Source: Phoronis australis (lineage: Eukaryota; Animalia; Phoronida). Taken from it: DNA of 64,000 nucleotides. The position numbers and the translations under genes were made by a program. The notes beneath the pieces are model-generated. The model did no database searches. It was not told the origin of the DNA and worked only from the letters and a program-made list of their open reading frames with translations. The stretch is taken from assembly GCA_002633005.1 (NCBI GenBank), contig NMRA01000134.1:1-64000 (forward strand), in the 5' to 3' direction. Every line of letters begins with the position of its first letter. Within the stretch, counting starts at the first letter, position 1. Positions 11,201-24,245 of this stretch are shown one piece after another.

Positions 11201-13822
11201 ACGGAGTAAAAAGTTGGTGGGTGTTCAGCAGTTAAGTGCACAATGTTTTAAGTGGAAGGTAACACTGATACTTTGATTCACCACTGAGTAGAAACTGAAT
11301 GGCTTCCCTAATCAAGTTGATACAGGATTAAGCTGTAACTAAATGAGGAAATTCCAGACAGTCCACAATTGGATATTATGGTATTCTAGTAAATGAGTAA
11401 AATAGAAAAACAGACAACAAAAACGTTTGAAAAATTTCCGAATATTAAACTTTTTGTGAACAGAAACATGGAAATACTAGAGTGTAAGGACCAAGCATGT
11501 GACCTGATAATTGTTTGGTTGTATTTTATCATTTCCACGCTTCTGTTGGCTAAGAATATTTTAGTGTTCAAATTTTCAGAATCCCTTTTTAGCTTATTCC
11601 CGTATCAGTGCGTGCAATTTTACACTTTATTTAATGCAGGATGTCTCCAGCTAGTGACACTTGATAAAGTATAAGGAAACCCTACAATGAGTTTCAATAA
11701 CTTTAGTATATACTTTAACTAGCTTTTGTAGAACTGCTTCCCTGTCTGTTTGATATCTAGACCAAAAGAACACAGTCTCGCAATAGCGGCAAACAGTAGC
11801 CAAATACAGTTTTACCTGAACAATCATCAATTTGCATTGACTTTCAAAATGTCCTGTTGATTTACATATTGCCGTCCCTGGTATGCCTTAGGGTGCAGTT
11901 CATGTAAAGGTCATACATTTTTGATTTATTTGACAATTGACTAGCGTTTATGTGACATTTGTAAAGGAAAGCAATGACTTACTGAACAATTGGGAATCTT
12001 CAATGGTATTTGAAAGATATTTTTCTTTTGAAACTGAGAGTCATCTCTCAAGGTTATTGGCTTTTGATATGTTCAGCAATTAGAATTTGGTTGATCTGAT
12101 TCCAGTTTAAATTTGAATTTGTCTGTCATTCTGCTTTTAGGAGTAAAATATTCTTATGAAAAAGTGAAATGAGAGTAGATATTAATTTTGTTGTTGCATT
12201 GGTAAATGTTAATAGTAGTATGTTCCTAAAGACTAACTGGAATTATTAATCTGTTGTCCTTATGTTCTCTTGTGTTTTTTAACTTTGTTTACAAGTGACT
12301 GTTTTTTAAAGATGCGTTTCACTCTGTTCATAAAAATAAATGTTAAACCTTTCTATAAAACTGGTTTCATAATATTACTTACTGGAATATGATTCTATTT
12401 CATTACTTATAAGAGCCTAGAGACCATCAGCAGCTCAAGAAAACGCTGCAGGTTTTATTGGTGTTGGCCAACTCTAAAGTCACGCATTTGAAATGACTCG
12501 TGTATCCATCGCCTGTGACTTGAGTTGTAGGCTCATTTCATAACAATTCATGGTTGGATTAGCTTAAGTTCTTTTGATAGCTAAAACCATAGTGCTGTAT
12601 AATGAGTGGCCAGGTCCTGGGCTAAAGAGACCATGAAGAAGAAATGCCACACTAACTGTTTGCTTTTATTACTTTTCAGGCAATATTGTGAACAGTTATC
12701 TTGTGTAAGCTTTACACACGTAATAATGTTCAGTATACTATCTTTCTGTAACTCTTTGCCACTAGAGGAGTCCCTGGCATGAGTTACACTGTGGTCCATG
12801 CAAAACTTCAAGTAGGACTAGTGGAATCACGTATTCAAGGTTGAACAGAAATTTTACGCATTAGTGTTGGAGACATCAATTCTGGTTCTTTATGAGCCTT
12901 TTTAAGGTAGATTTTCATTCAGTTGGTTAGCAATTACCAACGAAAACTTCAAAAAGTTGTTCCGTTGCACTCTGAGAGAAATTCTGGTTTTGTACTGCTT
13001 GACTATTAGCAAGGATTTGTAAACTGTCTAACTTCAATATCCTTGACTATATATAGTCTGGATTCGTGATTATTTCAGTCACAGTGATCATCAAGACAAA
13101 GAAGTATGCGCTGTAAAACAGCATACCAAGCAAAACTGTCTGTTGGACAGGCACTTAAAGATATAATTTCATACAATTGTTGCTTTCATCTGTCGTTTGT
13201 CTTTTCTATGTATATCTGCTTTAAAAGTTTTCAAATCACTTTTTGTCGCTCTGAATGTGTTAAGTGGCAAATTACCTGTCATTACTATATATGTAACTGT
13301 CCCAAGTGCAGCTGGTTTTAGATTAGCTTTTGTGACTGTTGTGACAGGTATATGAAGGCTGTACTCTTCAGTCTTATTTGCTTTCACTGTAGTTGAAGTG
13401 TACCTGGGCTTAGACGACACTTGAATGTAGCCGGGCAAAATTTAAACTGTTAATTCTTTTTGAAAAAATTAGAGCGGTCTTAACCACTAGTGTGCGCAAG
13501 AGCAAAATCAGAAATCTGGGAATTAAGGTATCTGTGTAATTTTATAAATAAAGCATGAACAAAGTTGAACCAGGAATCACTTGCCTCAGGCTAATCACGC
13601 ATACATTGGGTTGTAAACAGATTAGTTCTCAGTTGAAATTGCGTATTTGTAAAATATATGAACATGGCAAGGTTATTATAACTGCTCTTAATTATTTTCT
13701 CAGTCTCAGTATTGCTTTGGTTTTATTTTGGAGCAACTGGAGTCATAACTTCAGACATCTGCAGAGGAATACCAAAACAAGACCATTTTAAGGTCAAAGG
13801 TCACACTGTCACATCAATTTAA

Positions 13823-14424
13823 GGTAACTGTGAACCTTGTTTACCAGGTTGTACTTTTGTACAAATATCTTAGTTCTAACCCCTACAAAGCATATATTTT
13901 CTGAAAAGCGAATAAATTTCCTCACAAAATTTATTGTTCTTATTCACTTTTCTTTATTTTTTTTACAAGATATGCGTTTTTTTAGTAAACATTTTTTTTG
14001 ACTGAGCAGAGGTTTTAAAAATATTGTTCCTCCAATCACATTGGTCTTTTGTCAACATGTTAATTACGGGATTTTTGTGGGAACCATGTCTCAAATTTTT
14101 TAAAAAGGTCTGAATTTTTTAATCATCGATTTTTTAGAGCATTTTGGACAAAAACGACTGTAGCCTTGATATTTGAAGGCTTCGTTCTGAAAATCTGAGA
14201 CACAGTTCCCTTGAAAATGCCATTATCAACATGTTGACAAAAGTCCAATCTGATTGGAGGAACTATATTTTTAAAATCTCTGTTCAGTGTTAAAAAATCA
14301 CTAAAAAATGTTTTGTTAGGAAATTTATCCATCTTCCAGAAAATATATACTTTGAAGGGTTTAGAGCTAATGGAATTGATATTTGCACAGAAGTACCACC
14401 TGGTAAACAAGGTTCACAGTTACC
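13823..14424. mobile_element. Kolobok-like non-autonomous element with long (about 250-280 bp) imperfect terminal inverted repeats
   Basis: Left TTAA|GGTAACTGTGAACCTTGTTTACCAGGT and right ACCTGGTAAACAAGGTTCACAGTTACC|TTGA. Inverted similarity continues inward (GTTCCTCCAATCA / TGATTGGAGGAAC; TTTTGTCAACATGTT / AACATGTTGACAAAA). TTAA target with GG termini is the Kolobok signature. Confidence 0.8.
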
Positions 14425-15765
14425 TTGAGAAAACTGCTGATCGTGGGTGGATTTTTTTAGCGAAATTTCATTTGTAACCAACTTTTATTCTAGTAACAAA
14501 TCTGGCAATATATTCCATGAAAAAGTGGTTGTTGTATTGTTTACTGGCAATGGTTGCAAACAGGCCAAATCTTATTAATATTGTGGTTTGCAAGCCATGG
14601 TGTGTGTACAGATCCTAGCAACCTCGCTATCTACACTGATTCTGTGGTAGTCCTCTCATGGAAATTCCTTGACAATGAATGATTTTATCTTCCTCAGGGG
14701 ACTGTAAATAATGGTATATTGGTAACCAAACCTGGGGCTTATCCCAGCGATGAATTGAGGAATCACTCTCTTCCAGCAAGTCACTTGGTACAATGGGAGA
14801 AAATGGCACCCAAACCACTTGTCTAGATGGTGTAAGGGTATTATATACTGTTCAAGTGGTTCACTGTTTATAGTAGCAATGGCATAATCTGCTTGTAGTT
14901 GGCTGGTCAATATTGTTCAATGTACTCTCATTGGTCAGGACTAAAGACTAAAGTCTAGGAGACCTAAGTCAAGTTGATCTACGTACTCTGGTCCCCTCTA
15001 TTTGTTAAATAAGGTATCATCTCCAGATTACTAAGCCTCTAACACTGTGAAATCCAAAAATGAATCTTAAATTGTGACATCAAAAATTGTCTATCTTTTC
15101 AGTAATTTTCTGCCTAGAAAGTATGAACTACTGTGACATCTGGATCCCAATGTTTCTAAATTACTACCAGTTCAGAAATTTGGTTATTTTTTAGGTGGTC
15201 GTAACCTGTAGATGAAAACATTAAGGAGTTTTGCATGTTTGTCTAGGGGAAGTTAGTCAGGTTGTGACATGGTTTTACATAAATAAAATGACGAAAGTTT
15301 CATGTTTCAGACTGTTTCCTGCAAAATTCGTGTTGGTATTTCATGTATAAAAATTAGTAATTACTCATATATATATATCCAACAAAATTGAGAAACTGCA
15401 GTTAAAAATATTTTCACGGACTTAAAATTCTGAAAAACGACTGGATTTATGAACTTCTGGCAAATCATTATGAAAAAAGAGGACTCAATTTTGACAAATT
15501 TCTCAACAAAAATGACCATCAGGAAACCCTACATGGTTAGTATGTGTCATTTCTGGCCACAAGGTAACTGAACATGTGGCATATGCTAATATGGCAGTGT
15601 TGTCTTAACTGGTAAATAGTGCTCGTAATGCCACAACAGTTTTGTTGGCATTTATTTTTGCAGTTAAATAACATTTTTTAGTCACAGATACCATTTTAAT
15701 GCCATCATAAATCAACAAAGTGTTTTATTTTATGCCATACACGTTGAATAAGTTGAGTGCAATAT

Positions 15766-17268
15766 GGCCATGTGGTATTTTTTCCGTATTGCTCTCCCGG
15801 GACTACTTTAACAATGAACTCTGACATGGATCATCAAACTTTCCCAAAATAGTTTAAAGTAGTAAAGTTGCAGCAGTATAAATTATACTCAACATGCAGT
15901 CAGGTCCGAAACATAACATCTGGTACAAAACTGTTAATTACATGACACTCCTGTCTCGGTTTTATTTTATTTGTAAACTATGTCTTCTACAATTCAGGCG
16001 CCGATTCCTCGGTAAGTACAATGTTAAATATTGTTGCTATTTAATTGCTTCTTGTTTTCCTTTTTTAATCTCTTTTTAAGTAATAAATCGTTACAAGTTC
16101 AATACTTTTTCTTTTACTATAGGAAACTTGTAACATTACGTGCAAGTATATACATATAGGAAATGATGCCTCACGTGAACAGTCTGGGTGAAGTATTTTA
16201 AAAAATCTGACGAAAAAATGAAAGAAACTCAAGAATTCGGAGGGTATGGGATAACTACAAAACGTACCTCGATTGGCGTAAGTGATATAATGTTCCACTC
16301 TACCTTATTCTATGGAATAATGTCTCGTGAGATATTACTTCATCTATGCCACTTCATANNNNNNNNNNNNNNNNNNNNNNNNNNNNNNNNNNNNNNNNNN
16401 NNNNNNNNNNNNNNNNNNNNNNNNNNNNNNNNNNNNNNNNNNNNNNNNNNNNNNNNNNNNNNNNNNNNNNNNNNNNNNNNNNNNNNNNNNNNNNNNNNNN
16501 NNNNNNNNNNNNNNNNNNNNNNNNNNNNNNNNNNNNNNNNNNNNNNNNNNNNNNNNNNNNNNNNNNNNNNNNNNNNNNNNNNNNNNNNNNNNNNNNNNNN
16601 NNNNNNNNNNNNNNNNNNNNNNNNNNNNNNNNNNNNNNNNNNNNNNNNNNNNNNNNNNNNNNNNNNNNNNNNNNNNGGCCATGTGGTATTTTTTCCGTAT
16701 TGCTCTCCCGGGACTACTTTAACAATGAACTCTGACATGGATCATCAAACTTTCCCAAAATAGTTTAAAGTAGTAAAGTTGTAGCAGTATAAATTATACT
16801 CAACATGCAGTCAGGTCCAAAACATAACATCTGGTACAAAACTGTTAATTACATGACACTCCTGTCTCGGTTTTATTTTATTTGTAAACTATGTCTTCTA
16901 CAATTCAGGCGCCGATTCCTCGGTAAGTACAATGTTAAATATTGTTGCTATTTAATTGCTTCTTGTTTTCATTTCTAATCTCTTTTTAAGTAATAAATCG
17001 TTACAAGTTCAATACTTTTTCTATTACTAGAGGAAACTTGTAACATAACGTGCAAGTATATACATATAGGATATGATGCCTCACCTGAACAGTCTGGGTG
17101 AAGTATTTTAAAAAATCTGCCGAAAAAATGAAAGAAACTCAAGAATTCGGAGGGTATGGGATAACTACAAAACGTACCTCGATTGGCGTAAGTGATATAA
17201 TGTTCCACTCTACCTTATTCTATGGAATAATGTCTCGTGAGATATTACTTCATCTATGCCACTTCATA
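15766..17268. other. about 593-bp direct duplication flanking a 318-N assembly gap
   Basis: 15766-16358 is repeated at 16677-17268 with scattered substitutions. Copy 1 ends and copy 2 starts exactly at the N run 16359-16676. Confidence 0.92.
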
Positions 17269-18654
17269 CGTTTTGTGTATGTATTTGAAGGCTGTCAAAA
17301 TCTGCATGACAGATTTATCTCTGCACCACTGTGTCCTGTTATTGACCACTGTCTTTATCTATGTCTCCTTTATTAGTTCCTCTTGATAGTAATAATCAGG
17401 GAACCAGTCAGCCACGCACTTGTCCTCTCATGGAATATTTTGTTTTGTGACATTGTGATATCATTCTTACACTCAAACAGGATTCGAGAATCTTTCATCA
17501 TCACTCCAGTAAAATCTTGTCAATTGTAGATAAAAAACAATTGCCAAAATTGACATCTTATCATTTTTCAAGGACTTGCGAATGTCCTCAATTTTTCAAG
17601 GCATTGTCTAGTGGACTTCATACTAATCAGCCAATAATTGGACCATCTGACCATTCCCTTTAGTGAAATTGAGAGAAAAAGTACTGCCATTGCAAAAGAA
17701 CTGTGTGTGTAACAATGAATGTTCAAGGGTAAATTTGAAGAATGCTGCTACAGTTCTCAAAAATTATTTTTATTTTGTTTTATGTTACGGAACTTTTGAT
17801 TATGTTTCATGAAAATCATAATAGTGCTATTTTTGATGGCTGTCAAGTAAAAGTGGAACATTTTGAAAACAATCCATCGTAGGTCATTGAGAACAAACGC
17901 TAAAACATAGTATCTGAGAAGTTTCATACAAATAGGACTCGGTGACTTCTGAGGTAAAATACACCATGCTCCAAATTTTAGTGGATTTTTTCTGTGGTTC
18001 TACCTAATCTTAACTTTCCTTCAAGTCTTGATTTAGGGCACTTATGTTATAAAATTGGTTTTATCTTATTTATTTTATTTAAACTTCTTTTACTGGGTGA
18101 CCACTTCAGTAAATACACTGGTTTACATGCGGACCCTGAGTGGGAAATAATTACATGAAGTAAAATACAGACAGCTATGTACAATTGGATTGAAAAGATT
18201 AATAATAAATTTAATTAGTTTTGTTCTTTATTTAAGTTAAGAATTAATCACTGGGTTCCAGAAGAACTGAGTGTTCATTATTTCTTAAGAAAAAGCTCAA
18301 AAAACTTCAGGTCACCACGTGGTCCAAGGAGACATTACAAAAACCTCCCTCTGGTTTCAGCTCAAGAGCAGCAGTTTCTAAATGGAGGCTATGGTAGTCA
18401 GATATCAGTCTTTTCTCTTTTTTATGTCATCACAACTGGTCAGCTATCTATCACTTTCAAAGGGTTACTAAAACCTTTTGTCACCAAGTACCAGAGAATC
18501 GAAGTCAATCATATTTATTTACTATTTTTATAGTATTCCGGTAAAAATGACCCTACCTCAACTTTTACAAGGAATTCAATTCAGAAACTAAGGAGGTTTG
18601 AAAATCACCTGTCTGTGTTTTATTGTAACCCATCATAGAATGGGGGTAATGGCT

Positions 18655-18737
18655 GTACTCCACACAATAGGACCTTTAGATAAGATTCCTTGTTAAACAG
18701 GTCTTGTGAGGACAGGTGAATTGTACCAATCTATTGA
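18655..18737 (+). repeat. about 80-bp dispersed repeat, second copy near 54215-54297
   Basis: TACTCCACACAATAG.ACC...AAACAGG.CT..TGAGGACAG.TGAATTGTACCAATCTATT is shared by both sites in the same orientation. Confidence 0.75.
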
Positions 18738-21616
18738 CAAAATACTGTGAAACCTAGGGATCTTCTACTGACAGAACTGGCAGTTTGTTTCGCTTGCAAT
18801 GGCTCTGAAATCAATGCAATAAGTTGGCTAAGAAACAATTTGAAACCAGTTTTATAACGATATGTGACCTATTTGAAAACATGTTTTTTTGTCAGGAAAG
18901 CCGCTTTAAATGCTGCTTTAAAATTCCCCTATAATGTCCGTTAATGCAAACAAAGTAATGTCATGAAGTCACTTTGTGTTAAATTTCAGATTATCAAAAT
19001 TCCACAAAGTCATGAAACTTCATTGTCAGCAATAATACATTGCAGCAACCACAAACAGACCCTTCTTTGATCATGAGAACTCTGTTTGATGAGGGCAAAC
19101 AGTTCTTTTGACTGGCACTGGTGCAGGTACACATATGACCAAACATGGCCAAGGTGTGATAAGCCCAGTGCAATAACCATGTCAGTTACTGCAGAATATC
19201 TGTAATGAGTTGTCAGCAAGTTCTTAAGTAAACAGGGCCACTCCAGTCTGCCACTGTTGGAACAATGCTGCCTCCAGGGAAAGAGTAAACAGCAAAGTAT
19301 TGAGCATTACATCATCAGTTTGATTTCACTGTGAACTGAGTGAATTGTTTAAAGGACAGTCCAAGTGTCTTTGGTTTTTGGGAAATTTGTTTATGGACTA
19401 ATCAATCCACTGTTAGGAGTACACTAGCCACTAGTTGTTGGAGGTAAAAAAGTCGAAATACTGACTTCTGTCTTCTTAAATTGAAAAATAACTATATCGT
19501 CCATCTTTAAATAATTTTTAAAGTGAGGGTGTTTGCCTCCATAGTTGGAATTTCTGAATTTCCTTTTCGCATGAGCTTACTCGATTTTTGCCAGAAAAGC
19601 AGGTGTGCTGCAGTACTGGGCAGGGCCTCTGGAAATGTTAGTTTGCAGCCTCATAGTGAGCAAGCTTGATATGGACCGAGGGAGGATTGGAAAATTTGTA
19701 AAGAAAAAGGGCTGTACTCGAGGGGGAGCTAGTTTCTCAAAGAGAGAGTTGTCTGTAGAGCTGTTGCGCGAATCATTTTAGGAATATCTATAGCTCTGAG
19801 GTCTTTGTGTTTAAATCATCAGCACAGATCAGTTTCATTGTAGCCCAGCCCAACGCAATGTTTAGTCACCTTTCAGTGTGGATTCTAGAAGCAAATTTTT
19901 TGTAGCTTGGCACTAAACTGTGGTGGCTACTTGTATATCGGGGACTTCATGAGTGTTCAAGAATTATTTGTGATCGGTCGATACTGCTTAAGTATCTAGT
20001 AACCAGTGTAGAGACTACTTTAAATGTAGGAGAAAGATTCTTAACGGTCAAATTGGAAGAATATGAATTGGAAAGGGGTCATTTTTCAAGCGTTTATTGC
20101 ATTTCAAATGTTCCAAGTTTCACCATGTGTTCTATGAGTACAGAACAAAATGTGATAGAATAAAATAAAACTTTCTTCTATTTCCTGATATTCTTGTTGA
20201 AAAATTTGCAGAGGCTTATAGGATAATGAAGGAAGAGTCCATTGTTGAACTTTCTCTTGTACCCTTCTCATCGTTGTGGATTCTTCCAGTTGATCTCAAT
20301 GAAATCTTATTTTCTACTATGCAGATCTCACCTGGATAAGGCATAAGATGTACCACACATCCAAGCCAGTATAAGTGACTGTTCCCTCTCTTCACACCTG
20401 TTTGGAACACGGCAGTTTTCAGGCAAGTATACTTACTAAGTGAGGTATTTAGGTGCTGGTAATACTTTTGTTCAACATGCTTGGTCCGCTTTGATGAAAT
20501 TTAAAAGGTGCTTAACAGAAGGGTATGCATTAATATTTTCTGACATCTCAAAATTTTGAAAGTGATTGCTGTTGGAAATAATAGTAGTGGTTCCTTTTGG
20601 TGGTCCCTAATTATGAGAATGGGTCAATCACTGAGGGCATCTGGTATTCAGTTGGTGAAACTGATTCTCATAATTAGAGAACTCCAAAAAGAACTGATTT
20701 ACAACTACAAGGAGGATGTTACTTTGTTCTTTTCTTTTCTCTTCTTTTATTGTGATGTAGTAGTTATGCATACCACTCTGTATGGAATGAAATTTCTTGT
20801 ACAAAGTTAAACATACAAAAATCACTTGCTCTTGGCTGTGGTGCACAAGCTGAGGTCTAGATGCACTGACTAGGTAAGGCATTAGAGGGGGGAATGTACA
20901 GCAGAATACCAAGAACTTAGAGACTAAGTAATGATAACAATAATAAGCCTAACAATAAACAAATCAAGAACTAGCAAAAAATGGAAATATATACAAGAAA
21001 AAATCAATGACTAGATGACTGTGTGTAGGTGTCACGTTAAGGCTCTAGTTCTAAAGCCGGTGGTATTGGACCTGAGACTCTCATGGCTACTGGGAGTTGT
21101 GCTGCCACAGCCTAATAGATAAGTCCTGTTTAGGCATTAGCTTTTCACAGGGAGCAAACTGACACGGTGCAAGATGATAGGTGTCACGCGGCTATTTACT
21201 CACATGACTCAGAAACGGTGGCGACGCAGAAGTTGTAGGAATGTGGAGTGCTCATGGGCAAAGATGCAAATTGCGGGAGTCACAGTTCATCATCATCATT
21301 ATTGTCATTATTATTGTTGTTGTAGTGCTTCTAATTCCTCAAGTGTAAGGAATTCGAGACATTGAGTTTTGCTTCAATAATTTTTTTTTCATTTCCGCCT
21401 TGCCCCAGTTTCATGTTTAGATGTATAGTTGACACGGAGCAAGATGATCAGGTGCAACTTGCTCTACCTCCTGAACACTGGTTTTGTTGTGGTACATATG
21501 GGGATGTCAATAACTTGCAGTTATACTTAAGTTGGACCATCTCCAGTTTGTAGATGAACCTTTTGAGTGTAAATCAGAATATATTCCAAAAGTAGTCTGT
21601 CTACATATGTAGCTCA

Positions 21617-21788
21617 GCTGGAGGTTACAGTGGTCAGACCCTAGCTTTAATATTGGGTAGGGAGCTTCAAGCTGGAGGTTACAGTGGTCAGACCCTAGCT
21701 TTAATATTGGGTAGGGAGCTTCAAGCTGGAGGTTATAGTGGTCAGACCCTAGCTTTAATATTGGGTAGGGAGCTTCAAGCTGGAGGTT
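21617..21788. repeat. 54-bp minisatellite, 3.2 near-identical copies
   Basis: GCTGGAGGTTACAGTGGTCAGACCCTAGCTTTAATATTGGGTAGGGAGCTTCAA at 21617, 21671, 21725, partial at 21779. Confidence 0.95.
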
Positions 21789-22486
21789 CCACCTCAATGA
21801 GGTAAGGGACAGTGTAGACGAATAGCTCCGAGACGAGTCGTCCCCTCTGCTCATGGATGTCTGCGGGTTACCTGCAAACAACGAGGAAAATGCTCGAAGT
21901 AAACAGTGTAAATGAAGTGCACGTGATTAAAGTGGGTCAGTGAAAGACAATTGATGTTAGGCGATGCAAAAACTAATTTTCATTGGCTACCAATTCATTG
22001 TAATCGTCCAAGCTGACTTGGCACCTGCATACTGTAAGGATTTACCCTCATTAGGTGCTAGAAATCAAACAAGTGAGACATTCACTTCGTTGTCTTGTGG
22101 GGCAAAATCGATTTAATCGGATATAACTTGCCCACATTTTGAGAACCAGTTGATACCAGTTCTTCTGTGGAGGAAAAATGGTTCTAAAAATGCGAGCACG
22201 TTCTATCAGACTATTTGCAAAATCTATTCATTTTGATCTCAAAGTTCATTTGCATTTGAAGCTCCTAGTTCTTTGCACTGGTAATAAGAGATTAGTTGTT
22301 AAAACCTAACTCCACTCTTCATATTCCAGTTGCTGCAGATCAAACTGTCACTAACTATAGAGTCAATAAATATACATTACATTGGCATGTAATCTCTCTT
22401 TGATCCTAGCCTTTGATCTGACCAGCTCACATTATGGGGCTTTACCTATTTGTCAACAATGGTCACCATCTCATGCCTGTGGTAGG

Positions 22487-22562
22487 ACACACACACGCAC
22501 GCACACAGGCACACACACAGGCATGCACACGCACACGCACTTGCACACGCACACGCACACAC
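22487..22562. repeat. imperfect (CA)n/(GCACAC)n microsatellite
   Basis: ACACACACACGCACGCACACAGGCACACAC... seen directly. Confidence 0.9.
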
Positions 22563-23930
22563 TGATGCATTCATGGACTGATTTCTGGACTTCTGCAGAA
22601 TTCACTTAAATTCCTGTTGTTGTGGTATGTGCCATAAATCAAGACACACATGCAGACGCACACACAAACACTGATATATATTCTGCCTTCCTCGGGCTGT
22701 TAATCTGTGGGCCATGTATCCTTCTGGGGTCTACAACATGCGTCCTCTGTATGCTGCAAAATCTTCTAAACCTTAGTAGGTGAATGTCCGTAGGTTACTC
22801 TGCAGACATGTTTCTAACAGTGACATACTTGCAATGACACGGGTGAATTATCAGACAGATGCGACTACAAATGTGCCTCCTAAGTGCCAATTTTATTTTT
22901 GACGATGGTTTCTACATATGTTGCAACCCCTTTTATTTAGCATTTATATTTAGTATTCGCTTCTCAATGTGCCAAAACGATTGAAGGATCATTATGAAAT
23001 GTTAGAGCTGTGTCGCTCGGAAGAAGATCAGGACAGATGTTGATTCTTGAGTGAGTCCCAATGCTATGGCAGCCATGTAATGGCATTTTGTGCCTGTTGT
23101 TCATTATGTATACATTTCCTTGTTAATCATCAAATTTGGTGTATATTTTCCAGTTGAGGAGAGCAGGCTTACTGTTGGTGTTGGGGAAATCTGACCAATG
23201 TGGTGTACGTCCCTTGGTGACAAGTCAGGTTTTCTTTGTGAAAAGCCCTATATCTTGCAAGTTCTTTGATGGATGTTCAAATACTTTCTTAACAAAGTGA
23301 GATGACATTTGCCTTTTTTCAAACTGATTTCACTTTGTAATGATTCAACCCCTAGTGGCCTTTTTATTTTATATATTACATGATACTAATAATATCCATC
23401 CATAGGAGCATAACTGTTTGCAGTGTAGTCGTGGTTGCATTTTAACACTCGTTTGTTGCTCTTGCTCAGATATAGAGTGTTTTAAGTCTACATTTTTGTC
23501 CATTTAATGTGGCAAACACTATGTGGTGTGGATTCAGTCTTGAAAGCACCACACTTTATAAAGAGAAGAGTCGCAATTTGCACACAAAAGCAATCTTCAA
23601 ATACTTAAAGCTGCATTTCCTCCTGTTTAACTGGTTGAAAAATGAAACTCGAATTAAATTTTTCACTCTCATAAAATTGGTCTCATAATATTCCTAACCT
23701 TGACTGCATTCTGTTTCCATTACCAACTAGAATATCAAAACCATCAACGACTCTAGAAAACTGATTAGACTTAATTCGGGTTCTCCAACCTTAAAATTTC
23801 AAATTTGAAAATGGCGCATGTACGCGTTGTAACTTAAGTTACTAAGGTAACAGAATTGGAATTCTATTAGGCTAACGACATAGTTTCGTTTCGTTAACCA
23901 GTGAAAGAAACATGGTGAACTGCAGATTTA

Positions 23931-24245
23931 AGTACCGTCCACACGCAGACATGCCCCAGAACAAGTTACTTCTGGAACAAGTTGTCACGAGGTTTGGAGG
24001 CTGTGTGGCTGCTATTTAAACTAGTGCAACTTAGTCCACCTTGATTTTAGGGTAATATACGCCACATCTAATTCCTGTGTGGCCACAAACATGGAGCAAG
24101 ACAGAAGTAACTATGAGCTGGAGTTACATACAGACAAGTTTTCTTTTGTGTGCCTTATTCGAATAAGGTGTTCCTTGTCACGCCGGCATACAGGGACAAC
24201 TTGTGCCTCTTTTGCTGTCTGATATGTGTGTGTGGACACTCCACT
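23931..24245. mobile_element. degenerate MITE, probably PIF/Harbinger-like
   Basis: Left TTA-AGTACCGTCCACACGCAGACAT and right ATATGTGTGTGTGGACACTCCACT-TAA form imperfect inverted ends; internal ACAAGTT/CAACTT motifs recur. Confidence 0.45.

Noticed and set aside
12467-12532. Hairpin CAACTC..AGTCAC / GTGACT.GAGTTG as a pre-miRNA
   Set aside because: Short bulged stem with a large loop and no match to a conserved miRNA family that I recall.
15592-15613. TGGCAGTGTTGTCTTAACTGGT resembling miR-34
   Set aside because: Needs an insertion and mismatches relative to mature miR-34, and there is no complementary arm for a precursor hairpin.
16188-16763. ORFs spanning the N run
   Set aside because: Artefacts of translating ambiguous bases.
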